Shown here in pieces: positions 53,647 through 64,000 of a stretch of 64,000 bases of DNA. The DNA comes from an uncultured Planctomycetaceae bacterium (GTDB lineage Bacteria > Planctomycetota > Planctomycetia > Planctomycetales > Planctomycetaceae): positions 1 through 64,000 of the forward strand of contig CAWFAK010000004.1 of NCBI GenBank assembly GCA_963813715.1, read 5' to 3'. The position numbers were made by a program, and so were the translations under genes. Within the stretch, counting starts at the first letter, position 1. Each line of letters starts with the position of its first letter. The notes under the pieces are model-generated. The model did no database searches, was not told the DNA's origin, and saw only the letters and a list, made by a program, of their open reading frames with translations.

Positions 53647-54039
53647 AAGGGGCGCCGGGCCGGCAATCGCTCGATGTTGTGGCGATTCTTGCCGGAATCC
53701 CTGTCCTGGATCGATGCCGTCTACTTTGCGATGGCGGGGATGAAGTAGCCGCAATCTCACCTCGCCCGCGCCCACTCGCATCGATACCGCTAGAATGGCT
53801 GGCAGGTCCGAAGTCTCACGGAGGGGAGCACGATGCCGCACGCGATAGAGCCGCCGCAACTGGTCGAGTTACCGCAGCCTGTTTGCCGAACTGGAAATCG
53901 CCAGCCCCAATGCCCCCATGGTCGGGATCCACTTCGCTGTAAATCGGTTGCGGTACCCGTGGCGCGACTTTCGGGCCGCGGACCCGTTCCGCGAGACGGC
54001 GTTCGGCGGGCCCCGGCTGTCGCGGCGAGAGGTCGGCCT

Positions 54040-54594
54040 ATGCTGACGCGCATGCTCCCTCTTATTCTGTGCGTCGCGTCGATCTCATGCGCCGACGATC
54101 CGCCGCCTGCTCCTCCTCCAGATACGCACGCTCAAGAAGCCGCCGCACGGTTGAACGCGGCGTCAACGGCCGTCAAAAAAGAAGAGAGAAAGCTTTACTT
54201 GCTCAAGCGGGACTTGGAGCCGCAGGAACAGGCTGCCGCCTATCACGTCTTTTCCACGACGCTGCCGCCGGGGCTGACAATCAAAGGGCTGCGCACAGTT
54301 TATCTCGACCCTCGCAAGGGCGGCGACAGCATCAACTTCGAGGAACCCGACGACCGCACAGACGCCGAACAGGACAATCTGCAAAAAGTGCGTGACTTCG
54401 CCAACAAGTTCGCGGCGGAATGCCGGCAACCCGATTCGCCCACGGCGAAGAAGGTCGCCGCGGAGATCGACGCACTTCCGCTCACGAAAGAGTTGCACCA
54501 GCAACAGGAGCTCGTGGAAAAACTCCGCCTCGAGCGTAACGAGGCGCAGGCTGCGATGCCGACGGAGGAGCCTCGCCCATCGTCGGCAGACTGA
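54040..54594 (+). CDS. Secreted/lipoprotein hypothetical protein
   Basis: GAGG RBS, signal peptide, helical body. Confidence 0.65.
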   Translation: MLTRMLPLILCVASISCADDPPPAPPPDTHAQEAAARLNAASTAVKKEERKLYLLKRDLEPQEQAAAYHVFSTTLPPGLTIKGLRTVYLDPRKGGDSINFEEPDDRTDAEQDNLQKVRDFANKFAAECRQPDSPTAKKVAAEIDALPLTKELHQQQELVEKLRLERNEAQAAMPTEEPRPSSAD

Positions 54595-54732
54595 GTCCCC
54601 AGCCTGCCAAACGCTCGGGCGCTCCGCATCGCCCCGTCACCCTACGCTACGCGCCTTCGACTCGATCAGCCGGGACGTGCGACCGCTCCGCCGGCCGGGT
54701 ATAAGTGGCTCGGCGCGTCAGGGAGATTAGCA

Positions 54733-56055
54733 ATGGTGGATGAGACTCTCAGCCGGCGGGATTTTCACAAAGCGGGTGCCGCTTCTTTGACCGGCGCGGT
54801 GAGCGTTGCCGCTTCTGGTGCGTCCCTCCGGGCGACAGCTCCCTCAAATCAAAAACGGCTTGGGTTCATCGGCGTCGGGAATCGGGGCAAGCAGCTGCTC
54901 AGCGCTTTCCTCGACCATCCCGATGCCAAGGTTGTCGCGCTCTGCGACATCTACGAGCCCTATTGGCAACGCGCGCAGAAGCAAGTCGGCGGCAAGGTGG
55001 AAACCTATGACGACTTTCGCCGCGTGCTCGACCGCAAAGACATCGACGCCGTCGTGATCGCCACACCCGATCATTGGCACGCCGTCCAAATGATGCTGGC
55101 CTGCCAGGCAGGGAAAGATGTCTACGTCGAAAAGCCACTCTCGGTCACGATCCGCGAAGGGCGGCGGATGGTCGACGCGGCCCGCAAGCACAATCGCGTG
55201 GTGCAGGTCGGCACGCATCGACGTTCGTCACGCTTGTACGCCGACCTGGTGAGTCGCGTCTCCGGCGGCGCCCTCGGCAAAGTGACCGTCGCTCGGACCT
55301 ATCGGCTCAGCAACATGTTTCCCAAGGGCATCGGCAAAGCTCCGCCCAGTGATCCGCCGGCTGGCCTCAATTGGGACATGTGGCTCGGCCCCCGCGCCGC
55401 CCGACCGTTTCAAGTCACGATCGCCCCGTACAAGTTTCGCTGGTGGGACGCGTACTCCTCGCAGATCGCCAACTGGGGCGTGCACTACCTCGACGCCATC
55501 CGCTGGGCACTGGGAGAAGAGGCCCCGGCCAGCATCTCGGCGCACGGGGGCCGCTTTGCCATCGACGATGACCGCACCATCCCCGACACGCTCGAGGCCG
55601 TCTTCGAGTTCGCGTCCGGCCGGCTCGCCGTCTTCGGACAATACGAGGCCAGCAGCAATCCCGCGATTCGCAGCGGCGAAATAGAATTTCGCGGCACGCT
55701 CGGCACCGCCTACAGCGCGGAACGCAGCTTCGAGTTCATCGCCGAGCGGTCCGGACAGTTTCAAAAGGAGATACCCCGCACGACGCCGGTCCGCGTGAAC
55801 AGTCAAGACGGCGATCTCACGTGGGAACACGCACGGAACTTCCTCGACTGCATCGTCTCGCGAAGCCGGCCGAATGCGGACGTGGAGACCGGCCATCGCT
55901 CAACGACGTTCGCCCACCTGGCCAATCTCGCACTGGCCACCCGCGCCCGCCTCGATTGGGACGCGAAGACCGAGCGCGTCACCAATCACCCGGCCGCCAA
56001 CGAGCTGCTCGATTACGAATATCGCGAGCCCTGGCGGTCGCTGCAGCAGGGCTGA
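54733..56055 (+). CDS. Gfo/Idh/MocA oxidoreductase with Tat signal
   Basis: SRRDF, GFIGVGNRG, ATPDHWH, YVEKP, NWGVHYLD. Confidence 0.93.
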   Translation: MVDETLSRRDFHKAGAASLTGAVSVAASGASLRATAPSNQKRLGFIGVGNRGKQLLSAFLDHPDAKVVALCDIYEPYWQRAQKQVGGKVETYDDFRRVLDRKDIDAVVIATPDHWHAVQMMLACQAGKDVYVEKPLSVTIREGRRMVDAARKHNRVVQVGTHRRSSRLYADLVSRVSGGALGKVTVARTYRLSNMFPKGIGKAPPSDPPAGLNWDMWLGPRAARPFQVTIAPYKFRWWDAYSSQIANWGVHYLDAIRWALGEEAPASISAHGGRFAIDDDRTIPDTLEAVFEFASGRLAVFGQYEASSNPAIRSGEIEFRGTLGTAYSAERSFEFIAERSGQFQKEIPRTTPVRVNSQDGDLTWEHARNFLDCIVSRSRPNADVETGHRSTTFAHLANLALATRARLDWDAKTERVTNHPAANELLDYEYREPWRSLQQG

Positions 56056-56309
56056 AAGCCGCCGGATTAATACTCAATTCACCGACCTGAGCTCGGGGCT
56101 GCGGCGCGGTCGTCCCTTTTCCGTGAGCCCCGCTTTCCTTGAGCCCCGCCAGACGTGTGGCGATACTGTGTCGGGATTGATTCCCTCCCGGTTGGGCTTC
56201 CGGGATTCCGAGACGGTTTTTCCAAAGACTCGGCAAGCGTGATCCGTCGGCACGACGCCGGATCGGTGCGCGCAGCGACCAGTCCACTGAGGAAACGCGG
56301 AAGCCTCCC

Positions 56310-59300
56310 GTGTCGCGAATCGCCGCCCTAGAAAACGAAAAGAGCGCTGCGCTGCCGGGCGGTTTTCGACTGGCCGTGACCGGGCCTGCGCATCGCAATC
56401 CCAGCATCCACGTCGTCAACCTGCCGTTCGTGCTGATCGGCCGGGCACGGGCCGCCGGTCTGCGTCTCGATCATCCCGAGGTCAGTCGTCGTCACCTTTA
56501 TCTGCAAGTGCTCTTCGGGCGGGTTTACTGCCTCGATCTGAGCGACGGGGAATCGCCAACCGCCGATACGCCAATGTCCGGGCGTTGGCTGGAGCCGGAC
56601 GAAGTCATCTCCGTTGGTCCCTACCAGGTGCGACTCGTCGACGTCGCCGAGACGGCCGCCCCCAGCGAACCACTGCCGGCCGGCTTCAGTCCGCTCGAGC
56701 GATACGCGGGGCAGCTCGGGGCGGTGCCGAAGGTCGAGATCGAATTCTTCACCAGCGTCGCCTACCAAGCCAACTCGACAATCACGCGGCTCATCGTTCT
56801 GGGGGGAACGTCCGATCGCTGCAAGTTAAGACTTCAGAACAAAAGCATCTCCGCAATTCACTTCGCCTTGGTGCTGATGCACGACGGCTTGTGGGTGGCC
56901 GATCTCGCGGGCAAGACGGGTGCCTTCGTCAACAATCGGACGGCCCACTTCGCCCGGATCGGCGACGGCGACGAACTTCAGGTCGGCACCTTCCGGCTCC
57001 GCGCGGTACACGGGCGAGAACCTGGGCGGTTCGGCGTCGGTCATCGAAATACCGGAGAGCGAGCGGCCGCCGAGCGTTCCGGCTCCGCCGGCGCCCACTT
57101 GCCGGTCGAGACCTTCCTCAGCGAAGAACGCTCCCTGATCGACCAGCGGCTGCACGAACTCGACACCGAACGAACGCAACTCGAGGGCCAACGAACGGAG
57201 CTCGCGGTCCAGCGCGATGAGCTCAAGGCCCAGCGGACGCAGCTGGCAGCCCAAGCCGACCAAATCGGCGAGGAGCAGCGGGCCGTCGAGACGGCGCCGC
57301 CGGGAACTCGAGGATTCGCGAGGGCAAGCCGAGCAAGAGCGCCAGAGCGAAATCGACAGGCTGCGAGAGGAGTCACGGCGGGCAGAGGAATCTCGCGTCA
57401 AACTCCATGAGGAACTCGAAGAGAACCGCAGGGAAGTCGCAGCCCAACGCTCGGAACTCGAGGCGGATCGCTCGGAACTCGAGGCGAAACGAGCGGCTCT
57501 CGACGAAGAGCAGCAAAGCCTGGCTGCCGCCCAGAAACGACTCGACGACGTCGCTCAAGCAGAACAGCAGCTCGCCTTGGCCCAGGCGGAGCTCGAGCAA
57601 GTTCGGCAGGATAATGAGCAGGAACGGCAACGACTTGGGGAGGAGCGCGACGCGCTCGAACAATCACGCCGCCAGTTCGCGGCGGATTCCACTCAGCTCG
57701 AATCGCAACGAACGGACTTGCAAGCTGCTCAGGCACAAATCGAGTCGGCCGGGACTCAACTGGAGCGAGAACGAACGGAGCTGGCGCGGCAGAGCGACGC
57801 CTTGCGTGCCGAGCGGCAAGATCACGATCAACGTCACGAGACGCTGCAGGTGGCCGAATCTCGGCTCACGCTCCTGGGCGATCAGCATGAGGCGAAGCAA
57901 CGAACGCTGCTCACGTTGCGGGCCGACCTGGAGGCCCAACAGGCGGCCGTCGAAACCATGCGCCGCGAGAGCGCGGCCGAGCAGACACGACTCGCCGACG
58001 TGCAGAGCGCCCTCTCGCGACTCAGCGAAGCACTCGATCGCGATCGGGCGACGTTGAACTCGGATCGAGCCGCCCTCAAGAAAGAAGATACCGAGCAGGC
58101 CACGAACTCGCGGCGGCTGGCAAACGACGCGCAACGACTGGCGGCTCGCCAGCGCGAAGTCGACGAACTCGCGCGACGGGCTTCGGCAGAGCGCACCAAG
58201 ATCGAGGGCGAGCGGACCAAAATCGACTCCGGGCGAACGACACTGGAGGCCGAGCGGACCAAGCTCGCAGCCGAGCGCGCCGCAGCTCGGCGCCGACCGG
58301 ACCAAATTTGACGCGGATCGTAAGCAGGTCGACTCCGACCGCAAGTCCCTCGAAGCCACGAAAGTCAAACTTAAGTCCGACCGCGCCAGCGTCGAGCAGG
58401 AGCGCTCCCAGCTCGAATCCGCTCGCTCCGGACTGCTCCTGCAGAGTTCCGAAGTCGACGCGCAGCGCAAGAAGCTTGACGCCGATCACGTGCAGCTCGA
58501 ATCGGAGCGCAACCAGGTCGAAGGCACGCGCCGCCAGCTCGATGCGGATCGCAACGCCCTGGAAGCCGAGCGTGCCAAACACAAGACCGAGCGTGCGAAA
58601 GTCAAAACGGAGCGCGACGAGCTGGAATCGCAACGCGCCGCAGTCGAAGCCCGCCGCTCCCAGGTCGACGCAGATCGTAAAACAGTCGAGTCGGATCGCG
58701 CCTCGTTCGACTCCGAGCGCACCCAGGTTGCCGCTGCACGTTGCCAGATCGACACGGAGCGGACGGCCCTGGAAGCATCCCAGGCGCGACTGACGCAGGA
58801 TCAAAACGACCTCGCGACCGGTCGGGCTAAGCTCATTTCCGAGCGGAATGCGCATCAGACGGCGGTGACCTCGCTGGCAAAACAGCAGGAAAAACTCCAG
58901 TCCGCGCGGGCGGCCCACTTCGACGATCAGCGTGAGCTCGCCACGCTACGTCAATCGGTCGAAGCCGAACAAAGCGCACTCGAGGCCGAGCGGACGACCC
59001 TCGCTGCCGATCGGAAGCAATTGACCAGCTCCGAAGCCGGTCTGCGGCAGCAGGAGCGGGAATTGAACGCGGCCAAACAAGCAGTGGAAGCCGAGCGTCG
59101 GGCGCTTGTCGAGCAGAAAAAGGAAACGGCGCGAAAGCAAACCGACGTGGCCGATCAGCAAGCGCAAATCGACCGCGCGCGTGCACAAATCGAGGAAACC
59201 CAGCAGGCGCTCCAAACTAAGCAGAGCGAACTGGCGGCCGGGACGACAGCGCTGGCCGCCGGCCGCGCAGAGCTTGAAGACCGTCGGGTGGACATCGAGT

Positions 59301-60622
59301 CAGAACGGCAACGCCTGGCAGACACAAGGGGCGAGCTGGCCAATCTGAACCAGGCTCGCGAAGAGCTGGACGAGAAGACGCGAGCTGTCGGCGAAGAAAG
59401 CGAGTCGCTCGCGCAGGAGCGGGCCCAGTTGGCAATCGCTCAGGCACAGCTCGCGGCGCGCCAAGCGGGCCTAACGACTGCCCAAGAGCAGATCGAGCTC
59501 CAAAGAACAGAACTCGAGCGACAATTGGAGTCGGCCCGGCAAGCCGAGCAGGAGAGCCACTCCAACCACGCAACACGGCTGGCCGAGTTGGCGGCGCGGC
59601 AAAAGCAAATCGACGAGACGGCCGCCCGTGCGGACGCCGAACGGACCTCGCTCGACGGCGCGCAGCGAGAATTGGCAGCAGAGCGCGAGGCCATGCAGAC
59701 GGCACACGCCGAGTTGGCCCGCAGGCAGTCGCAACTCGACTCCGAGCGGGCGGCTTTGCAAACCGAGCGCGAAGCCCACGTCACAGTCGACGCCACGCTC
59801 GCGCACGAGCGTGCGGAGTGCGAGCAGCTGCAACACGCGCTCGCCGCCGATCAACTGGCCCTCGACACGCTGCGTCAAACTCTGGAGGCACAACGCGGCG
59901 CCCTCATCGCCGATCGTCACACCCTAGAGATCGAACGGCAGCAACTGGCCGACGCTCAATCGAACGTCGCTGCCCGGACCCAACAACTGGCTGCCGAGCA
60001 AACGGCGCTCGCCAGTCAGCGGACTGCGCTCGACGAAGCCGCTCGGCAAGTTTCCCGGCAGATGACCGAGCTTGATCGCCAGCGCGAGCAAATCGAGAGA
60101 GACCGCGCCCAGCAGGCGGCCACACAAAGGGTCTGGCAAGCCGAGCAGGCTGCTCGAGCCGCGGCACAAACGCAAGAGGCCGGACGGCAACGGCCAGAAT
60201 CCGACTCGACGCGCGCGTCGGTGCCATCGGAAGCGGACCGCAATCGGAGGGAACTGCAGACAATTCAGGGCACTTGGACGCTGGTCGCAGTCGAAGCCGA
60301 CGGTTGGGAGCTGCCCCAGGCACTCATCAAGCAGCCCAAGTTTGTCTGGGTGATCGAAGGGGACAAGATCACCCATCGGCCGGAAATCGGCGTGAAACGA
60401 GAATCGCTCTTCGAGCTCGACCTGTCGCAGTCGCCCAATCAAATCGCCTTCCGTCCGCTCAACGGGGGTGCCAACGGCCGGTGGAAACGGGCAATCTTCG
60501 CGCTCGACGGCGACTCCCTGAAAGTCTGCCTGAGCAAGGACGGCAACGAGCTGCCTAGTCGCTTCGCCACCAAGGCGCGCGACGGGCTGCGGATTCTCGT
60601 GTTCAAGCGACAGGCACGCTGA
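56310..60622 (+). CDS. Double-FHA, long coiled-coil, TIGR03067-like C-terminal domain protein (two frameshifts)
   Basis: IGR..VSRRH..DL and SISAIH..GAFVNN FHA motifs; long heptad-like region; ELQTIQGTWTLV..DGDSLKVC..P.RF. Confidence 0.75.
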
Positions 60623-60737
60623 AGCAAGCAAGAGGCCGGCAGCAGGACGGGCAAACTGGGCGATCTGCAAAAGCGGTTGCCACCCCGGCTCCATTTCGGG
60701 CTGCATGCTTCCCGGCGGGACTGTCGATCTTAATTCA

Positions 60738-62178
60738 ATGAGACCGCGCGAATCTGCCACGGCCGGAACGCACAGCGCAGACGGTGCCGACCGTGCTTAT
60801 CTCGACGGCGTCGCATGTGAACGCGCGGGCCGTCTGAGCGAGGCGCTCCGCATTATCGCTGGGCCGTGGCTCTGCGGCCCGATCACGCGGCGGCCTACAA
60901 CAACATTGGCGTGCTCCGCCAGCAATGGGGCGAAACGGCTGACGCGGTCGCCGCCTATCAGCGGGCCGTCGAAAGCGATCCGCAATTGGGCCTGGCCTGG
61001 TTCAATCTGGGGAATTGCCTCCGAGAAGAAAATCGCCTGGACGAAGCAGTCGCCTGCTATGAGCGAGCGCGACGGCTCCTCCCGGCCGACAGCGAAATTC
61101 GGCTCAACCTCGCCACCACCCTCAGAGACCTGCGCAGGTTCGACGAAGCCTGGGCGATTCTCGCCGAAATTCCCCAGACGTCACCCGACCGCGCCAAGGC
61201 CGAATTGAATCGTGCTTTGATTCACCTGCTCCGCGGCGACCTGGCGCGCGGCTGGGACGCTTACGACAGCCGGCTCACGATCTCCCCGACCGCGGAGCCT
61301 TCGGCGCAGCGCGCTGGGACGGAGCGCCATTGAGCGGGCGATCAATCCTGCTGCTTTCCGAGCAGGGAATCGGCGACCAGGTGATGTTCGCCTCCTGCCT
61401 GCCCGATTTGCTGGCGACGGCTGGACCGACCTTCGTCGAGTGCGATGCGCGGCTGGTACCGCTTTACGCCCGATCGTTTCCTCATGTCACCGCGATTCCC
61501 AAAACCACGGCCGAAACTGCTCTGTCTTCGGTTGGGGATTGCGACGTCGTCGATTCGCTTGGTTCGCTGCCGCGATTCCTCCGGCGGCGCATCGAAGATT
61601 TTCCCGCGCGAGTCGGCTACCTTCGCGCCGATCCCGAGCGTTGCTCCCACTGGCGCTCGAGCCTTGGCCGCTCGGGAAGCGCCCTCAAGGTGGGACTCTC
61701 GTGGCACGGCGGGAAGGACGCTGAGACCCGGCGAAGGCGTTCGGTGGCGCTCGAACTCTGGGGCCCGATCTTGCAGGTGCCCGGCGTCCGCTTCTTCAAC
61801 ATTCAGTATGGAGCCGCGGCCGCGGAGGCTGTGCGGGGCGGCCGCGATTTTCAGATTCCCCTCGACGACGGTTCCGACTGCGATCCGCTGCAGGATCTCG
61901 ACGACTTCGCGGCCAAGCTGTCCGCGCTGGACCTCATTCTGACTGTCGACAATTCGACAGGCCACCTGGCGGCCGCGCTCGGTAAACCGGTTTGGACACT
62001 GCTGCCGTTCGCAGCCGATTGGCGCTGGATGCTCGATCGGGAAACCACGCCCTGGTACCCGACGATGCGCCTGCTCCGCTGCCGGGCGGCCGACCAATGG
62101 AACGAGTTACTCCACCGGACGGCCCGCCGTCTAACCTCGGCGGTCTTCACGCGCGAGCTGCTGCCCTCGGCCGCTTGA
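60738..62178 (+). CDS. TPR protein with GT-B (family 9-like) domain (frameshifts)
   Basis: AYNNIG, WFNLG TPRs; EQGIGDQVMF, VGLSW.G, LDLILTVDNSTGHLAAALG, DWRW, PWYP. Confidence 0.85.
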
Positions 62179-62429
62179 GCCGCTCGACGGCCTTACCGCA
62201 AATTCATGCGCCAAGGCGTCCTCGAGCAGCATTGCCAGCCGTCACGGCAGGAGAAGCCGAAAACTCCGCGCAGACAGTCGGGCGGATGTTGCCGAAAGCC
62301 AACGCCCGCGCACGACCTTTTAACCATCGACAAGTCGCGCGTTTCGCCGCCGGACGTATGTTTGAGACGAACCCGACGCCGCGCGGGTCTGTTTCGTGAA
62401 AACTAGGGCGAACGATAGAGGCTTTTCCC

Positions 62430-62609
62430 ATGAACATGAAGAATCTCACCAACAGCATCAAACGTTTTCTGGGTTCCGAAGATGGTCCGACCGCCGTCGA
62501 GTACGCGGTCATGCTGGCGTTGATCGTCGTGGTCTGCTTGACGGCGATTCAGGCCGTCGGCACCAACGCCAACACCAAGTTCAACGCAGTGGCGAATTCC
62601 TTGACGTAA
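62430..62609 (+). CDS. flp: Flp/Fap type IVb pilin
   Basis: Own translation: MNMKNLTNSIKRFLGSEDGPTAVEYAVMLALIVVVCLTAIQAVGTNANTKF. Confidence 0.9.
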   Translation: MNMKNLTNSIKRFLGSEDGPTAVEYAVMLALIVVVCLTAIQAVGTNANTKFNAVANSLT

Positions 62610-62652
62610 TCGCGGAGGAAGCAATTCCCCTGCCCAAAACAGCGACTGTGGC

Positions 62653-62696
62653 AGCCCCGCGTCGATGGTGACGATACGCCCCATCGATGCGGGGCT
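62653..62696 (+). terminator. Hairpin after the pilin gene
   Basis: AGCCCCGCGTCGATGG/CCATCGATGCGGGGCT. Confidence 0.55.
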
Positions 62697-62811
62697 ATCG
62701 CGTTTTACGTCGGGATGACGCAACGCCTCAGTTGACGGCACGACGGTTCGTGGAGATGCTCAAAAGGTCCAACCGAACCTTTGAGATACTCCTCCCGTTT
62801 AGGTGCAATCG

Positions 62812-64000
62812 ATGCGCGGGCTGCGTCGGCAACTCATATTGATCGCGGCCGCCGTCGGGCTCGTCGCCGCGTCCGTTCGTGCCGGTGATGACAAGCGGGA
62901 CGCTCTTTGGTCCGCCATCCGCGCCGGCGACCTCAAGGCCGTCCAGAGTGCGCTCGACCACGGCGCCCGCCTCGAGGCCAAGAACGAGATCGGCGTGTCC
63001 GCGCTTTGGATCGCCGCCAGCAAGGGGAAAGTCGATGTCATCGACCTTCTGGTCCGTAAAGGCGCGGACGTCAACGTTCGCGACGCTATCTGGTATCAAA
63101 CGCCCCTCAGCATGTCTTCGATGGAAAAGACGGTGGACGCGGCCCGGTTGCTGATCAAGTCCGGCGCCAAAGACGTCGACAACGCCCTCTTCTCGGCGGT
63201 CGGCGCGGGCAACGAGAAGATGGTCGACATGATTCTCCATGAGGGCAAAGTGAGTCAGGACGCCTTGGACGCCGGCCTGTACGCGGCAGTCACTCTAAAG
63301 AAAGCGAAGATTCAGCCACTGTTGACCAAGGCCGGCGCAAAGCCGTTGCCCCCGGCGTCGGAGCACGATCGCCAGGCCTGGGCAAAGCTCGTCGGCACTT
63401 ATGAAAGCGATGGTGGCGCCCCGCTCACGATCGCGCTCAAGCCCGTGGGCTTAGTCGCGGCCGGCCGGTGGCTCAAGCCCACCGGGCCCGACACGTTCAC
63501 TCCTCTGGGCTCCGAGGGTTCGCAGCTTCACGTCGAATGGCGCGGCGGCGAAGTGGCCCGCATCACGATGACGCGGTTCACGGCCGAGTACAGCTTTTAC
63601 AAGTTCACGAAGCCGGTCGTGAAAGCGACCGCGCCGGCCGAGCCCGGCAGCGACGCCGTCGTCGAACCGCTCAACTGGCCCTCCTTTCGCGGGCCCGACG
63701 GCACCGGCGTGGCCGACGGCCAGCGACCGCCCGTCGCTTGGGATCTGAAAGCCGGGGAAAACGTCCGCTGGAAGACGCCGATCCCCGGCCTGGGCCACTC
63801 TGCTCCCGTCGTCTGGGGAAACCGTATTTTTCTCACCACGGCGATCAGCAGCGATCCGAACGCGAAGATTCGCGTCGGCAACTACGGCGATCCCGGCTCC
63901 GTCAGCGACAAGACGAAACACACCTGGCAGGTACTGTGTCTGGATCGCGACAGCGGCAAGATCCTTTGGACCCGCACGGCCTACGAAGGCGTGCCCAAGA
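62812..64000 (+). CDS. Secreted ankyrin-repeat + PQQ-like beta-propeller protein (runs off the window)
   Basis: Signal peptide, ALWIAASKGKVDVIDLLVRKGADVN, NWPSFRGPDGTG, WKTPIPGLGHSAPVVWGNRIF. Confidence 0.85.
   Translation, partial: MRGLRRQLILIAAAVGLVAASVRAGDDKRDALWSAIRAGDLKAVQSALDHGARLEAKNEIGVSALWIAASKGKVDVIDLLVRKGADVNVRDAIWYQTPLSMSSMEKTVDAARLLIKSGAKDVDNALFSAVGAGNEKMVDMILHEGKVSQDALDAGLYAAVTLKKAKIQPLLTKAGAKPLPPASEHDRQAWAKLVGTYESDGGAPLTIALKPVGLVAAGRWLKPTGPDTFTPLGSEGSQLHVEWRGGEVARITMTRFTAEYSFYKFTKPVVKATAPAEPGSDAVVEPLNWPSFRGPDGTGVADGQRPPVAWDLKAGENVRWKTPIPGLGHSAPVVWGNRIFLTTAISSDPNAKIRVGNYGDPGSVSDKTKHTWQVLCLDRDSGKILWTRTAYEGVPK

Noticed and set aside
1312..62178. Many frameshifts as programmed frameshifting or mass pseudogenisation
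   Set aside because: Scattered single-base indels in about ten unrelated genes with intact motifs are more simply sequencing or assembly errors

Overview
GC-rich bacterial DNA with many Planctomycete-type hallmarks (LExRxLL-like secretion motif, TIGR03067-like domain, DUF2294/CsrA, sulfatase, PQQ-like propeller). Frequent single-base frameshifts in otherwise intact genes suggest indel errors in the assembly. Most of the window looks accessory. 5.9-11.3 kb is a Ycf46-AAA/Ycf35(DUF1257)/DUF2997 module next to a 3'-half tRNA-Arg(CCG) att site and an integrase stub. 12-46 kb is a largely minus-strand stress/signalling island (Dps, ferritin-like, CsbD, CsrA, P-type H+-ATPase, PAS kinases, SpoIIE, GT4/GH130) with fused gene-fragment scars. 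The strongest signal is an unannotated ~105-nt structured 5' leader in three copies (25932-26036, 32029-32133, 46275-46380). Each copy follows a sigma70-like promoter, ends in a covarying intrinsic terminator and has a 5' segment able to form an antiterminator; two of the three copies sit beside DUF2294 genes. This is a candidate riboswitch or protein-dependent attenuation system. Also seen: a ~0.8-kb hairpin/iteron-rich non-coding element in two diverged copies, and an unnamed ~65-aa protein family with 3-4 members. All family calls are from motif recognition by eye; no searches were run.
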